A DNA stretch of 63,453 nucleotides, filler included, from Octopus bimaculoides (Eukaryota): NCBI RefSeq assembly GCF_001194135.2. It is 6 parts of 5 records of this genome, joined end to end, with 100 filler letters (N's around TTAATTAATTAA, not from the genome) between each part and the next. Parts side by side here need not be neighbours in the genome. Positions count along the whole stretch, not along the records: positions 61,282 to 63,453 come from NC_068989.1; 5 more parts are not named here. The stretch is one strand, 5' to 3'. The position numbers were made by a program, and so were the translations under genes. Below, piece by piece: positions 63,348-63,453 of this stretch. The first letter of the stretch is position 1, and each line of letters opens with the position of its first letter. The notes under the pieces were generated by a model, which worked only from the letters and a program-made list of their open reading frames with translations, searched no databases and was not told where the DNA came from.

Positions 63348-63453
63348 CTTCTTCTTCTTCTTCTTCTTCTTCTTCTTCTTCTTCTTCTTCTTCCTCATCT
63401 TCTTCCTCATCTTCTTCTTCTTCTTCTTCTTCTTCTTCTTCTTCTTCCTCATC
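63348..63453. repeat. (CTT)n microsatellite in a pyrimidine-rich tract
   Basis: Direct repeat. Confidence 0.95.

Overview
AT-rich, microsatellite-dense eukaryotic DNA. The SINE families and the repeat landscape look like an Octopus genome; this is inferred from recalled repeat sequences, not from a search. The window is not contiguous. Five identical 100-bp spacers (44 N + TTAATTAATTAA + 44 N) join six separately assembled pieces: 1-26076, 26177-51566, 51667-54986, 55087-56820, 56921-61181 and 61282-63453. Almost all ORFs in the supplied track are artefacts of simple repeats or N runs. Recognisable content: several tRNA-headed SINE families, RTE, R4/Dong-like, Penelope-like and Tx1/L1-clade non-LTR fragments, decayed mariner and maT transposons, TTAA and TA MITEs, a Helentron-type non-autonomous element, and phase-compatible candidate exons of two unidentified convergent genes (+ strand about 15.4-20.6 kb, - strand about 40.8-26.8 kb). 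The most interesting signal is a 43-nt 3' tail shared (38/43) by the Tx1-like LINE and a young SINE that sits precisely inside the head of another copy of the same SINE. This suggests a SINE-Tx1 partnership that may be site-specific. The Tx1 contig is itself a head-to-tail junction with an in-frame leader-endonuclease fusion.
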